A DNA stretch of 64,000 nucleotides from Octopus vulgaris (GCA_951406725.2 OX597827.1:59272001-59336000); one strand, 5' to 3'; counted from the first letter of the stretch, positions 35,998 through 49,681 are shown. The notes: generated by a model not told the origin, from the letters alone. A program made the numbers and translations.

Positions 35998-36956
35998 GGC
36001 ATAGTTTCGGTTGTAGTAGCACAGATTGGCATAGTTTCGGTTGTAGTAGCACAGATTTCCGTCGATTTCCGTAAAAAACTTTTATTTTTTTACATAAGTA
36101 ATGAGAGCGAAAGAGACTAAGAGGAAGCGATTTTACGACGAGAAGGTTTCACTTTGAAGTCGGCCTGTGTGTGTTTGATGGGGTGTGGGAGACAGACAGT
36201 ATGTTGTGTAAGTGAAGTGCTTCTGTTAGTGTGTGCGAAGAGACAGACATACATATACACATACACCGAGTACATACATACACACACACACATACATACA
36301 TACACACACACACATACATAGATACATACACACACACACATACATACATACATACACACACACATACTTACACACACACACACACACACATAGATACATA
36401 CACACACACACATACATGCAGACATACATATACACATACATCGAGTAAAAAATTACACTGAATCGACCATACATACATACACACATACATACATACACAT
36501 ACACACATACATAGATACATACACACACACACATACATGCAGACATACATATACACATACACCGAGTAAAAAATTACGATGAATCGGCCATACATACATA
36601 CATACACACACACATACTTACACACACACACATACATAGATACATGCATACATACATATACACATACATGCATACATACATATACACATACACCGAGTAA
36701 AAAATCAGTTATCTCTCTCTTTCACACATTACTCTCTCTGTCTCTTCGCACACACTAACAGAAGCACTTCACTTACACAACATACTGTCTGTCTCCCACA
36801 CCCCATCAAACACACACAGGCCGATTTCAAAGTGAAACCTTCTCGTCATAAAATCGCTTCCTCTTAGTCTCTTTCGCTCTCATTACTTATGTAAAAAAAT
36901 AAAAGTTTTTTACGGAAATCGACGGAAATCTGCGCTACGACATGCGAAACTTCGCC
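35998..36956. mobile_element. Merlin-like MITE with ~220-bp TIRs and a (CA/CATA)n core
   Basis: Ends GGCATAGTTTCG / CGAAACTTCGCC; TSD CATTAGTT at 35990-35997 and 36957-36964; 30-bp tandem duplication at the left end. Confidence 0.85.
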
Positions 36957-37024
36957 CATTAGTTTATCTTAAGTTTTGATTGACTTAGTATTTCATTTTT
37001 GTCACTGACTCTAAATGTGAATTG

Positions 37025-37409
37025 ATATATATATATGTGTGTGTGTATGTGTATATATATGTATGTATGTGTATATATATGTGTGTATGTATGTGTGTAT
37101 ATATATGTATGTGTATATGTGTGTGTATGTGTATATATCTATATATGTGTATATATATATATCTGTGTATGTGTATATATCTGTGTATGTGTATATATCT
37201 ATATATGTGTATATATATATATATATCTGTGTATGTGTATATATCTATATATGTGTATATATCTGTGTGTATGTGTATATATCTATGTGTGTATGTGTAT
37301 ATATATATATATATGTATATGTGTGTATATATATATATATGTATATATGTGTGTATATATATATGTGTGTATATATATATATATGTATATATGTGTGTAT
37401 ATATATATG

Positions 37410-37442
<33 letters not shown>

Positions 37443-38661
37443 GTGTATATATATATGTGTGTATATATATATGTGTGTATATATATATGTGTGTATATAT
37501 ATATGTGTGTATATATATGTGTGTATATATATGTGTGTGTATATATGTGTGTGTGTATATATATGTGTGTATATATGTGTGTGTGTGTGTGTATATATGT
37601 GTGTGTGTGTATATATGTGTGTGTGTGTATATATGTGTGTGTGTGTATATATATATGTGTGTGTATATATATATGTGTGTATATATGTATATATGTGTGT
37701 ATATATGTATATATGTGTGTATATATGTATATATGTGTGTATATATATATATGTGTGTATATATATATATGTATGTATATATGTGTGTATATATATATAT
37801 GTATGTATATATGTGTGTATATGTATATATGTGTGTATATGTATATATGTGTGTATATGTATATATGTGTGTATGTATATATGTGTGTATATGTATATAT
37901 ATGTGTGTATATATATATATGTGTGTATATATATATGTGTGTGTATATATATGTGTGTGTGTATATATATATGTGTGTGTATATATATATGTGTGTGTGT
38001 ATATGTGTGTGTGTATATATATATGTGTGTATATATATATGTGTGTGTATATATATATGTGTGTGTGTATATATATGTGTGTATATATATATATGTATAT
38101 ATGTGTGTATATGTATATATGTGTGTATATGTATATATGTGTGTGTATATGTATATATGTGTGTGTATGTATATATGTGTGTGTGTATATGTATATATGT
38201 GTGTGTGTATATATATATATGTATATATGTGTGTATATGTATATATGTGTGTGTGTATATATATATATGTATATATGTGTGTATGTATGTATATGTGTGT
38301 GTGTGTGTATATATATATATGTATATATGTGTGTATATGTATATATGTGTGTGTGTATATATATATGTATATGTGTGTGTGTATATGTATATATGTGTGT
38401 GTATATATATATATGTATATGTGTGTGTATATATATATATGTATATATGTGTGTATATATATATATGTATATATGTGTGTATATATATATATGTATATAT
38501 GTGTGTATATATATATATGTATATATGTGTGTATATGTATATATGTGTGTGTATATATATATATGTATATATGTGTGTATATGTATGTGTGTGTGTGTAT
38601 ATATATGTGTGTGTGTGTATATATATGTGTGTGTGTGTATATATATGTGTGTGTGTGTGTG

Positions 38662-38694
<33 letters not shown>

Positions 38695-38775
38695 ATCTGT
38701 ATATATGTATGTGTATATATGTATGTGTGTATATATATATATATTTATATATATATATATGTGTGTGTGTGTGTA
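37025..38775. repeat. ~1.75-kb alternating purine-pyrimidine (TA/TG) microsatellite
   Basis: Seen directly; source of three ~600-aa spurious ORFs. Confidence 0.97.
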
Positions 38776-38863
38776 TTATGTCGGTATATTTGAAAACTTG
38801 TTTTATTTATTTATTTTTTTTAGCTGAACGCTCCATCTGAAAAGCAACTCAACATCTTCAACA

Positions 38864-39916
38864 ATGTTTTCTTGTGAAATAGCCAAGAAGAAAAAGGTGG
38901 AAACCACGAGGAAGAATTACCAGTGTAAAATCTGCAACAAATCTTTTAAATGCACTGCCAAACTTATCATACACGAACGGATACACACGGGGGAAAGACC
39001 TTTTCACTGTGATATTTGTGGTAAGAAATTTATCACAAAATATTATCTGAAGGACCATGTTCGAACTCATACTGGAGAAAAGCCATTTGTATGTATGTAC
39101 TGTGGTAAGTCATTTGCAGTGAAGAGCAACCTAACGAAGCATAATCTCACACACACGGGAGAGAAACCTTACCATTGTGAAATATGTGGCAAAAGTTATA
39201 CATGTAGTAATCATATAGTTGAACATAAACGTACCCACACGGGGGAGAAACCTTACAGTTGTGAATATTGTGGTAAGAAATTTTCTCAAAACTGTAATTT
39301 GAATATACATAAGCGAACTCACACGGGCGAAAGACCTTATCATTGTGAGTACTGTGGTAAGAATTTTGTTCAGCAAAAGGATTTAACTGGACACAGGTAC
39401 ACGCATACGGGAGAAAAACCTTTTAGTTGTATCTACTGCGGCACGGCGTTTGCGGACAGAAGCTGCTTGAAAAAGCACATACGTATTCATACAGGAGAAA
39501 GGCTCTACCACTGCGAAGTTTGCGGGAAAAGCTTCATGATAAAATATGCATTGAAAGTTCACAAAAGAATACATTCTGGAGAGAAACCCTTCTCTTGTGA
39601 AGAATGTAGTAAGACATTTTCACGTAAGGACCAACTGATAGCACACAAGATTTTGCATACAGGGAAAAAGCCTTTCTGTTGCGATTTTTGTGGCAAGACT
39701 TTCACATATCATAGCTCTTTGATCAAACACAGGCACACACATTCAGGCGAAAAACCATTCCACTGCGAATATTGTGGCAAGGCTTTTATGACCAACTGCA
39801 CGTTGAAACAGCACAAACGAACACACACGGGGGAAAAACCCTATCAGTGTAAACACTGCACAATGGTATTTGCGCATAACAGTGCATTAAGCAGACATAA
39901 ACAAATTCATCGATGA
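38864..39916 (+). CDS. C2H2 zinc-finger protein, 350 aa, 12 tandem fingers, single coding exon
   Basis: Twelve CxxC-x12-HxxxH repeats with TGEKP-type linkers; basic KKKK N-terminus; acceptor ttttTAG at 38821-38823. Confidence 0.95.
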   Translation: MFSCEIAKKKKVETTRKNYQCKICNKSFKCTAKLIIHERIHTGERPFHCDICGKKFITKYYLKDHVRTHTGEKPFVCMYCGKSFAVKSNLTKHNLTHTGEKPYHCEICGKSYTCSNHIVEHKRTHTGEKPYSCEYCGKKFSQNCNLNIHKRTHTGERPYHCEYCGKNFVQQKDLTGHRYTHTGEKPFSCIYCGTAFADRSCLKKHIRIHTGERLYHCEVCGKSFMIKYALKVHKRIHSGEKPFSCEECSKTFSRKDQLIAHKILHTGKKPFCCDFCGKTFTYHSSLIKHRHTHSGEKPFHCEYCGKAFMTNCTLKQHKRTHTGEKPYQCKHCTMVFAHNSALSRHKQIHR

Positions 39917-42258
39917 ATACATTCAAAACAAAATTCTGATGTAAGATAACTGAGCTTTTTCTGGTGTGACAGTGGATGGAGATTTATTTTGATCAATGGC
40001 TCTCAACTCTTGGTTGGTGTAGAATGTGAGAGATTGGAAAAACAAGTGCACTTTTTTGCTTTCTTGTCCTAGAAGCTTCTCTAATGTTCAGGTTTTTACT
40101 TATAAAGCTTAGAAAAACAGGATCTTTTCGGTTTGACCGGCAGTTTTTTCTAGCGGTGTCATATGAAATTGTCACCCAATAATTATGACCCTAGTATCGA
40201 TCTATTGCATTTCAATCTGTTTTAGGGTTAGGGGAAGGGTATCTTTTTTTCTTCACAAATGTAAATAAACCCAATCTGTTTCTTAAACGAGGGACATATT
40301 CATACGGCACAGAATGTTTTCACCTCAATAGACGTCATTGATTGGTTGAAATTGCAGAAATTGAAGAAAAAAACAACAAATATCTTACAAACTATAGAAT
40401 TTTCTCAATAAAGCCAAGAGAAAAAGATGTTTTATAAACACATTCTACCAGTATATGAAGTTTAAAAGTGTTTAGTTATGTGGAAATTATTTTAAAAAAC
40501 TGCCGGTCAAACCAAAAAGATCTGAAAAACAAGCTAATGGCAGATGGGTTGTTGTTTAGTGGGTGTAAAAACTAGATTTTATATGTACCTGAAACCACCT
40601 GCAGCTGATAAAGAATTACAGTTTCTCATACATAATACAGTACCAGGCCAATTATTGGGAAAAATTGAGACTGGAAGTTTCTTGAATTTCTGGATTTTCT
40701 GGAGACAAGTCTAAATATATGCTTCAAATATAAAGTAAGCTATGCTAAGTAAAGAGCTAAATTGTATTTAACAGATTCAAATTAATACACCTGTAAAGTA
40801 GGGTTTGTTTGATATTTATTAATCCACTTAAAATCATTAAAATAATATTGTACTGTACCATGTATGCAATATTTTGTTAAGATACAGGTTCAAATTAATA
40901 CAAGTCTAATGCTGAACATGTTTGATTCTTATCAAATCACTTAAAAACAAAGAACGAAATGATTTTTAACTCACCATATGCAAATTAACCAACTTCAGAA
41001 ACAGGGTTAAAGCAGCAAGCTGGCAGAAATGTTAGCATGCCGGGCAAAACGCTTAGTGCTATTTCGTCTGCCGCTACATTCTGAGTTCAAATTCTGCTGA
41101 GGTCGACTTTGCCTTTCATCCTTTCGGGGTCAATTAAATAAGTACTAGTTACGCACTGGGGTTGATATAATTGACTTAATCTGTTTGTCCCTTCTGTGTT
41201 TAGCCCCTTTTGGCTAGTAAAGAAATAAGAAACGTTAGCATGCCAGGTGCGCTACGTTCTGAGTTCAAATTCTGCCAAGGTCAACTTTGCCTTTCATCCT
41301 TTCGGGATTGATTAAATAAGTACCAGTTACGCACTGGGGTCGATATAATCAACTTAATCATTTTGTCTGTCCTTGTTTTTCTCCTCTATGTTTAGCCCCT
41401 TGTAGGCAATAAAGAAATAAGAAACGGTTTGTTTACTCAATACAGAGTACAGTGTATTGCACAATATTCCTGAATTTCCGAAAATTCCTGATTTATAGAA
41501 GCCTGTTAAGAGGTCAGGTACTGTTTATATGTGTATAAATGTATCTCTATATGTATACACACATGCACACCGAGATTATGGTTTGGGTATTATCCATGGG
41601 TGTGATGGTCACACCCTTGATAAATTTAGGAAACGACTTATTTCTACCTTTAGCCAATTAGGCCTTAAAATTACAGTAGCTACTAATCTGTCTGTGGTTG
41701 ATTTTTTTTCTAGATGTTTCCCTAGACCTGAACTCTTCTTCATATAAACCTTTCCATAAACCTTATGAGAAACTTGTCCTATATACATAAAAAGTCTTGT
41801 CACCCCACAGTAATTTTTAAAAACCCCATTTCTGTAATAATGCCCCAGCCGACAGTTGATTCAAAGATAAATTAATATATAACCCCTCTAATATTAATCA
41901 GGATAATAATAGACTTCAAAATAAGCCAAGAAAAATTATTTGGTTTGTCCCTCCCTTTTCCCTTAATGTAAAAACTAACATAGGTAAAAAGATTTCTGTC
42001 TCTCCTAGACAAACACTTTCCAACCACTCACAGATACAGGGAAATATTTAATAGGCATTCTGTGAAATTATCATATAGCTGGTGCTTTAATATGAAGAGT
42101 ATCATTACACGTGGTCAATACCAAGAGCCTATATCCAGTTATAACTGTCGGGATCAAGGATCCTGTCCACTTGGCCAATGATGAATGATTATATCTATCA
42201 TATATGAGGCAGAAGATACTGCAATCCTAAATAATAATACAACGGATAAGAAGACCTA

Positions 42259-42546
42259 TATTGGATTATGTGAAGGAGAATTTAAAAATTGCTATGCCTA
42301 TCACATAGCCTCCTTCCAACATTATGTCAATATTGGATTATGTGAAGGAGAATTTAAAAATTGCTATGCCTATCACATAGCCTCCTTCCAACATTATGTC
42401 AATATTGGATTATGTGAAGGAGAATTTAAAAATTGCTATGCCTATCACATAGCCTCCTTCCAACATTATGTCAATATTGGATTATGTGAAGGAGAATTTA
42501 AAAATTGCTATGCCTATCACATAGCCTCCTTCCAACATTATGTCAA
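42259..42546 (+). repeat. Perfect 72-bp x4 in-frame tandem repeat inside the GIY-YIG domain
   Basis: Units start at 42259, 42331, 42403 and 42475; each encodes IGLCEGEFKNCYAYHIASFQHYV(N/K). Confidence 0.95.
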
Positions 42547-42964
42547 AAGCAAAGCTACTAAGTTGGCTAGCTACATATGGAGTTTGAAAGATAATGAAAC
42601 ACCACATGTGATTAAGTGGAAAAAAATTGAGAAATCCATACCTTATGTTAATGGATTGAATAAGTGTAAGTTATGTTTAGCTGAAAGACCTCATCCTTTT
42701 CAGACCTAATTTGCTACTGATCTCTAGGTCTAAAATTTTCAGTGGTTGTAAACATATGTTGAAGTACATACTGGAGAATTCTGCCTATACCTGGTTAACT
42801 AGAGATGTCTAGCCTTGTAATTTAAGGTCTAAGGAGGGTACCTCTTACCTTATTTACTTTTTCATTTTCCGTCTTTTTAACCTTCCACTTTTTCTATATG
42901 CTTCCTTCTCAACTGTTAATGTTTCTTCTCTGATTCAATTTTTAGCTCCTTACAATATGTAGTT

Positions 42965-43021
42965 TGTGCCTGATGAATATGTTTGAGGCATTTCTCAACA
43001 TATGAAACTATTAGTAGCTCA
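42965..43021 (+). ncRNA. Type I hammerhead ribozyme in the PLE 3' tail (pLTR)
   Basis: TGTGC-CTGATGA-ATATGTTTGAG-gcattt-CTCAACATAT-GAAAC-TATTA-GTA^-GCTCA. Intact core, 10-bp stem II (one bulge), stem I with one U-U mismatch. Confidence 0.85.
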
Positions 43022-45539
43022 TAATAACCTGTATTGTGTCTATTAAATAATATTTATCTTTCACCAGATAGACTACGTTTTTATTTGTTGATCTTATTAT
43101 CCTGGAACAGTACATTTTATATATATATATATTAGGTATGGTTATGAAGCAGTGTGGTTAAATTTTCTTCCAACCATGTGGTCTAGGGTTCAGTCCCTCT
43201 ATTATAGCACTGAGCTGACCAAATCCTTGTGAATTGATTTAGACTGAAACTAAAAGAAGCCTATTGCATGCACGCACGTTTGTGTTTAGATCTCCTTGTC
43301 TTGCTTGACATTACATGATAGTTGTAAATGAGGAGATTGGGAGGACACCTTCCAATCTTCTGCGGAGACATGTCTGGCTATGGGGAAATACTATCTTGGA
43401 AATGGATGAGATTCAGTGACAGGAAGGGCATCTGGCTGTAGAAAATCTCAACAAACTCTCTGATCAATGCAAGCATAGAAAGTGGATGTTAAAATGGTTA
43501 TGTGTATGTGTGTGTATATGTGTATGTAATATGTATGATACACACACACAGCAAGCTTTCACTTTCCATCTGCCAAATGTACTAAAATGACTTTGGTCAG
43601 CCCAAGTCTGTAGCAGAAGATATTAGCCAAGTTGCAATACAGTGGGACTGAACCCAGATCCATATGGTTGCGAAATGAACTTCTTCACCACACAGCTGTC
43701 TATATGATATTTATGATGATTACATATATACAGGCCAAAGGCTTTTTAACGTGTTAGTCCCTGCTGCATATACAAAATCACAATTTCTAATACACTCAGT
43801 GTGTCTAATTTATCTATAATTTATTCGTTCAAATAAGGTAGTCAAATTATATTTGCACAAATTAAAAACCTTATTTATCCTTGAATTTAATTATTATTTA
43901 AAAACAAAACAAAACATAATATTCCTAAATCTAGTCTTCATTCAACTCTTTAAATGCATAGAATCAGAAGAAAAGACCAAATCAACAACAGCCTGTATTC
44001 AGTGGCTTCGTTTAATTTACAAACTCAAAAAGCATCGAGTCCACACTGTAAAGTGGTTGGCATTTGGAAAGGCATCCATCTGTATAAAGTAGTTACTATT
44101 AAAAAAGGCATCTAGCCTCTAAAATCTGTACCAAAACAGACCTTGCCAGTGCTGGTGCCACGTAAAATGCACTCAGTCCATTCTGTAAGGTGGTTGGCAT
44201 TAGGAAGGGCATCCAGCTGTAAAAACCATGCCAAAACAGACAGTGAAACCTGGTGCACTCTACTGGCTTGCCAGCTTCTGTTAATCCTTTCGTTACCAAC
44301 CCGGCTGAAACTGGCTCTGGATCTGAGTACAAATGTCTTGTTTTCATAAGTTTTGAATTAAAATCTTCTACCAAACCTTAGTCACAATTTATATTCCTGA
44401 CAGTAGCTAGATGATAACTAAGTTATTTTACTAAATTCTTTGTTATATTTAAAGTAATTGAAAGAAACACAGAGCATCTCAAAATACATACAGTAACGAA
44501 AGGGTTAAACCATCCAACCCATGCCAGCATGGAAAATGGACATTAAATGATGATGACATCAACCTAAACCTTGGAGTGTCACTTGATTTTTTCCCCCCCA
44601 CTGTTTTACTCATCTGTTTTACAGTTCAGAAGCTAGTCTGCAAGATAGTGACTTGATAAGACATCATTATGTGAACAGAAGTGACCACCACAGGTTTTTC
44701 TAGTCTCCAGACGCTAAGTAATCACAAGTTCCTTATGCATGTCATAGTGTAATGATAATGTAATTATAATTATACAGTAGGTCAGTCTTCCTTAAATGCA
44801 TGTTCCTATAATTTTGTTATACTATGTCTGATTGTGAATTTCTCTGTATGTCGGAGAGATCCTGTTCCACCTTGGTCAGTTTCGAAATACAATAAAAGCA
44901 ATTTCTTGTGATACGTTATTCTTTTATTTATTTTGTTTGTTTCAGTCATTGGATGGCTGCCTTGTTGGGACCACTGCCTTGAAGAGTTTAATCAAACAAA
45001 TTGACCCCAGTACTTGTTTTTAAGTCTGATGCTTGTTCTGGCCATCTCTGTGGTTGAAATATTATGTTACTATGACATAAACCAAACCACACTGCTACTC
45101 TGCATTGATAAGGGGCAAATACCCTGAAATATGTGACCACCACAGTACCCTGACCAGCAAGGGGAAGCGGTTGACCTCCTCTGTTCGAAGGGTTATAATG
45201 GACACAGGTTCATGTGTCATATAGCTAGCTAGAGGCGATGGCCTCTTGGAGCTAATCAACGGCAGTTTTCATCCTGTATTTATAGACTTCCATATTAGCT
45301 TGGCAATAACTATTTATATATATCATTGCTTTTCAAACTTTTTGCTGGAGCGGAACCCCAAGGAAACATTCCACTGGCTCGAGGAACCCCTGTGCAATAA
45401 TTTAATATTCTTATGCACACATATCTGCACAGGAGAATTAAAAATTACTGTCGGTTTTAGCATTTTTGTAACTTCTTGCGGAACCCCTGGACTGTACTGG
45501 AAGAACCCTAAGGTTCCACGGAACCCTGGTTGAAAACCA

Positions 45540-45580
<41 letters not shown>

Positions 45581-45951
45581 GTATATATGACGAACTTCTT
45601 TCAGTTTCTGTCTACCAAATCCATTCGCAAGGCTTTTGTTGGCCTGAGCCTATAGTAGAAGACACTTGCCCAAGGTGCCACACAGTGAGACTGAACCCGG
45701 AAGCATGAAACCTATATAGCTCATACATGTACCCTGAATGTAGTTTTACAAGAATTTTTGATAACTTTTTATACATCATCAGAAAGGCAAGATATCAGTG
45801 TCCACCTACGATGACATGTTTTGATTAAAATGGGAAATTGTGGAAGAGGGAAACCCAGGAAGACATGGGACGAAGTATTGAAGACTGATCACAAAGCGCT
45901 GAGCCTTACAAAGGAGATGAGAGAGGATCAAGATGTGTGGCACATTGCTCT

Positions 45952-46268
45952 TACTTACTTGTACTTGTGGGGACATTCACCCTGGGCGGGTTGAGTCGGC
46001 TTCTTCTACCACCCTCGAGGCATCTCAAACCATGGCAGCCCACGCATGACGGTCCTGCGCCAGTTCACTGGAGATAGCGAGCCAGTCACAGTTCCATCGG
46101 CGCAGGTCGACCACCTGCGGTCTCGTGAGCACGGAGAGATCCTCCTTGATCGTCGTAGCCCAGGTCTTCAGCTGCCCGCCCGCACGTTTCCGCCAGTTGG
46201 GAGAAGGACATCACGGCTCAGTTCACCCACCGGACGCCTACATGCATGGCCAAACCATGAATTCTCAA
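45952..46268 (-). mobile_element. RTE-type LINE 3' fragment with 14-bp TSD, inserted into an older RTE tail
   Basis: WFGHACRRP...WRKRAGGQLKTWATTIKEDL...LAQDRHAW; TSD TGGCACATTGCTCT at 45938-45951 and 46269-46282. The host encodes GRGKPRKTWDEVLKTD at ~45842. Confidence 0.8.
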
Positions 46269-48910
46269 TGGCACATTGCTCTACTCAAGACTTGCCCATC
46301 ACAACAGAATTGGCATCTTAAAACCAAGGTTCCACATAAACAGCATTGGTGTCGATACTGGTGCCATGTAAAAAGCACTGGTGATGGTACCATGTAAAAA
46401 GTACTCGGTACCCTTTGTAACGTGGTTGGTGTTAGGAAGGGCATCCAGCTGTGGAAATCAAACCAAAACAGACTATGAAGCTTGGTGCGGTCCCTAGCTT
46501 TGTCAGCTCCTGTCAAGCTGCCCAACTCATGCCAGCATGGAAAGCAGACATTAAATGTTGATGATGATGATGTTACAGTATACGTATGCCATTCGTATTT
46601 CATTTTTTAGTATACAGGTCTTCTGTTTTATGTAAGGTACAGAAACAAAGCATTGAACATGATTACAGGTAAGTAGAATGAAAACTGAGAAAAAGTCAGC
46701 ATTTTAATTTTAAAGTAATGAACAACTAATGGTGGTAGCCATGTTACACTCAGAGCTGGAGGTGAAATTCAGATCTCATATTAAAATAATATTTTGTGCT
46801 TACTGTACAAAAACCAAAACAAAACACAATCACAGCTTAAAACTCACAGGTCATAACAACACACAATAGCTTTAAAAATTACATGGGTATATATTAAATT
46901 GTAAAAATAATGGAAAATGGAGATGTATGAGAGTATTAATTCCAGTATGGAAAACATGCATACGTGCTTGTATTAATATGTATGATCAACGTTATACAAT
47001 AAAATTGTATATTCACAGATTAGTACAAATAAAGAAAGCTAGCTCATCAGATCACCAGATTCTCTGAATCCGCTTCTTATAGCATTCATTTATATGTACA
47101 TATCTATATCTCTCTATTTGTCTGTCTGTCTGTCTATCTATATGGGGTGGGGGTAACTTTGTCATTGTCTTGAAATCATGTGAAAATTGTAAATGAGCAT
47201 CACATATGTAGAAGTGGTGTCCTTCATTTCTGATCTTCAGCGAAAGCTTCTCCATCTATGAGGATATATTACCTTATTTGGAAACAGGTGTGGTTTGGCA
47301 ACAGCAAAGGCATCCACCTGTCAAAAATGTATAATCTTTTAATCATTTTACTTTTTAAAATCATTAGACTGACCATGATGGAGCACCACCCTGAAGTAGT
47401 CTAGTCAAGTGAATTGACCTTAGTACTTACTTTTTTTATTCTCCTTTGCTGAACTGCTAAGTTATGGGGACATAAATACAAGTGGTACAAACAGACACAA
47501 AGACACTCTTTTACTTGTTTCAGTCATTTGACTGTAGCCATGCTGGAGTACTGTCTTTAGTCAAGCAAATCAACCCCAGAACTTATTCTTTGTAAGCCTA
47601 TTACTTATTCTATTGGTCTCTTTTGCTGAACCGCTATGTTACAGGGACATAAACACATCAGCATCAGTTGTCAAGCGATGTTGGGGGGGACAAACAGATG
47701 CACAAACAAATACACACACATACATGTATCATCATCATCATCTTCGTTTAGCGTCCGCTTTCCATGCTAGCATGGATTGGACGGTTCAACTGGGGTCTGG
47801 GAAGCCAGAAGGCTGCACCAGGCCCAGTCTGATCTGGTAATGTTTCTATAGCTGGATGCTCTTCCTAACGCCAACCACTCCGTGAGTGTAGTGGGTGCTT
47901 TTATGTGCCACCGGCACAGGTGCCAGCCTCGTCTGGCAAATGGCCACGATCGGATGGTGCTTTTTACGTGCCACCGGCACGGGGGCCAGGCGAGGCTGGC
48001 AATGGCCACGTTCGGATGGTCCTCTTACATACCACCGGCACTGGTATCACAGCTGCAATTTCCATATATATACATATATACAATGGGCTTCTTTCAGTTT
48101 CCAGCTACCTAATCCACTCACAAGGCTTTGGTCGGTCTGAAGCTATAGTAGAAGACACTTGCCCAAGGTGCCATGCAGTGGGAATGAACCCAGAACCATG
48201 TGGTTGGTAAGCAAGCTACTTACCAAACAGCCACTCCCATGCCTATTCCCATAAATATTTATTTCAGTTTCCATCTACTAAATTTTGTTGGCCCAAGGTG
48301 TCATGTAGTGGGACTGAACCCGGAACCATGTGGTTGGGAAACAAGCCACTTACCACACAATCCTGCCTATGCCTATGTATCTCAGCAAATTCCATCCAAC
48401 CCATGCAAGCATGGAAAAGTGGACGTTAAAACAATGACGATGTTGACATTTATTTTGTGAGTGGATTTGACAGACGGAAACCGAAAGGAATCCATCGTAT
48501 ATATGTATATATATATATGTATGTGTATGTATATGTTTGTGTGTCCGTGTTTGTCTCCTCAACATCGCTTGACAACTGATGGTGGTGTGTTTACGTCCCC
48601 GTAACTTAGCGGTTTGGCAAAAAGACCGATAGAATAAGTACTAGGCTTACAAAGTATAAGTCCTGGGGTCAATGTGCTCGACTAAAGGCGGTGCTCCAGC
48701 ATGGCCACAGTCACATGACTAAAACAAGTAAAAGAATCTGGTGCTGTTCAGAGAATCTTAGGAGAACGAACTAAATCTTGCAACTACAAAGCTTGTAAGA
48801 TCGTTGTATAGTCAACTAGTAAACGTGAACGACACTATTTCATGATAGATGTATAAATACGTAATAAAATAACAGAAGATGACAATATCTACACATCCAA
48901 AAGAATTGTG

Positions 48911-48983
48911 CGCCCGCAGAGGGACTCGAACCCGCGACCCTCAGATTAAAAGTCTGATGCTCTACCGACTGAGCTATGCGGGC
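48911..48983 (-). tRNA. tRNA-Lys (anticodon UUU)
   Basis: GCCCGCATAGCTCAGTCGGTAGAGCATCAGACTTTTAATCTGAGGGTCGCGGGTTCGAGTCCCTCTGCGGGCG, 73 nt, perfect acceptor stem, TTTT terminator ~9 nt downstream. Confidence 0.93.
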
Positions 48984-49681
48984 GGACTCGAAAACTGATT
49001 TGAATAATAATAATTTTAATCGAGTGTATGGGCATATTTTCAACATATTGCGAAAATAATGATTTTTATAATTTATCTTACAATATTGTCGCATAATATT
49101 TTATATATTATATTATGTAATCGTTTACACTGTACAGTTTACACCGGTTTATGAAAATGAATAAATACGAAACTGTTAAGATAGTATGTGTCAGCAAACA
49201 CTAAAAACAGAATGGTTTTAAAAATGAAATAATCCATTCATTGTCTGTTCTTTTTTTCTCTCTCTCTCTCTCATACACACGAAAACATAAATTATATATA
49301 TATAGATAGATAGATATAGCCAGCCGTTTACCGGACGAGACCAGAAACACTGGAAACTAGTATTTGTGGACTTTACAGTTGAACAAAAGTTGTCAGCCGT
49401 ATTTTTATTACATATTCGTTATAATCATATATTACTGAATTATTTGCTTTATATAACGTGTATATTCATTATACACGCTTCATGTCACATGTTCATTCGT
49501 CCAGCCTTTTGTTACCATATTTCTGTTGAAAATGCACTACCGTTAATTAATTTTTAAAATACCGTGGAGTTTCGTGAGATAACTTGTCCTGGTAACGTCT
49601 TTCCTATTTGATGTTCGTAAAATCATAGGGATCCAAAAAGTTTATTTCAGTAAAACATTTCGGGTACTACTTATAAAGTGC

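Larger units (their letters stand above)
41570..43117 (+). mobile_element. Penelope-like element, 5'-truncated: RT C-terminus, C-terminal GIY-YIG endonuclease and hammerhead-bearing 3' tail ending at (TA)n
   Basis: RDYGLG...DKFRKRLISTFSQLGLKITVATNLSVVDF; IWFVPPFSLNVKTNIG; NCRDQGSCPL; IIYEA...TYIGLCEGEFK...TKLASYIWSLK...IKW...CKLCLAE. Frameshifted. Confidence 0.85.

Noticed and set aside
37022-38840. Three ~600-aa ORFs, and similar ORFs at 7578-7900, 12716-13072 and 36117-36673
   Set aside because: Translations of (TA)n/(TG)n/(CA)n microsatellites, open in several frames at once.
39131-39574. Antisense ORFs over the zinc-finger gene
   Set aside because: Shadow frames of the repetitive C2H2 coding sequence.
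42259-42546. CRISPR-like array
   Set aside because: Identical head-to-tail units with no spacers, eukaryotic context and no cas genes.
46985-47056. Hammerhead on - (CTGATGA at ~47050-47044)
   Set aside because: No GAAA box downstream.
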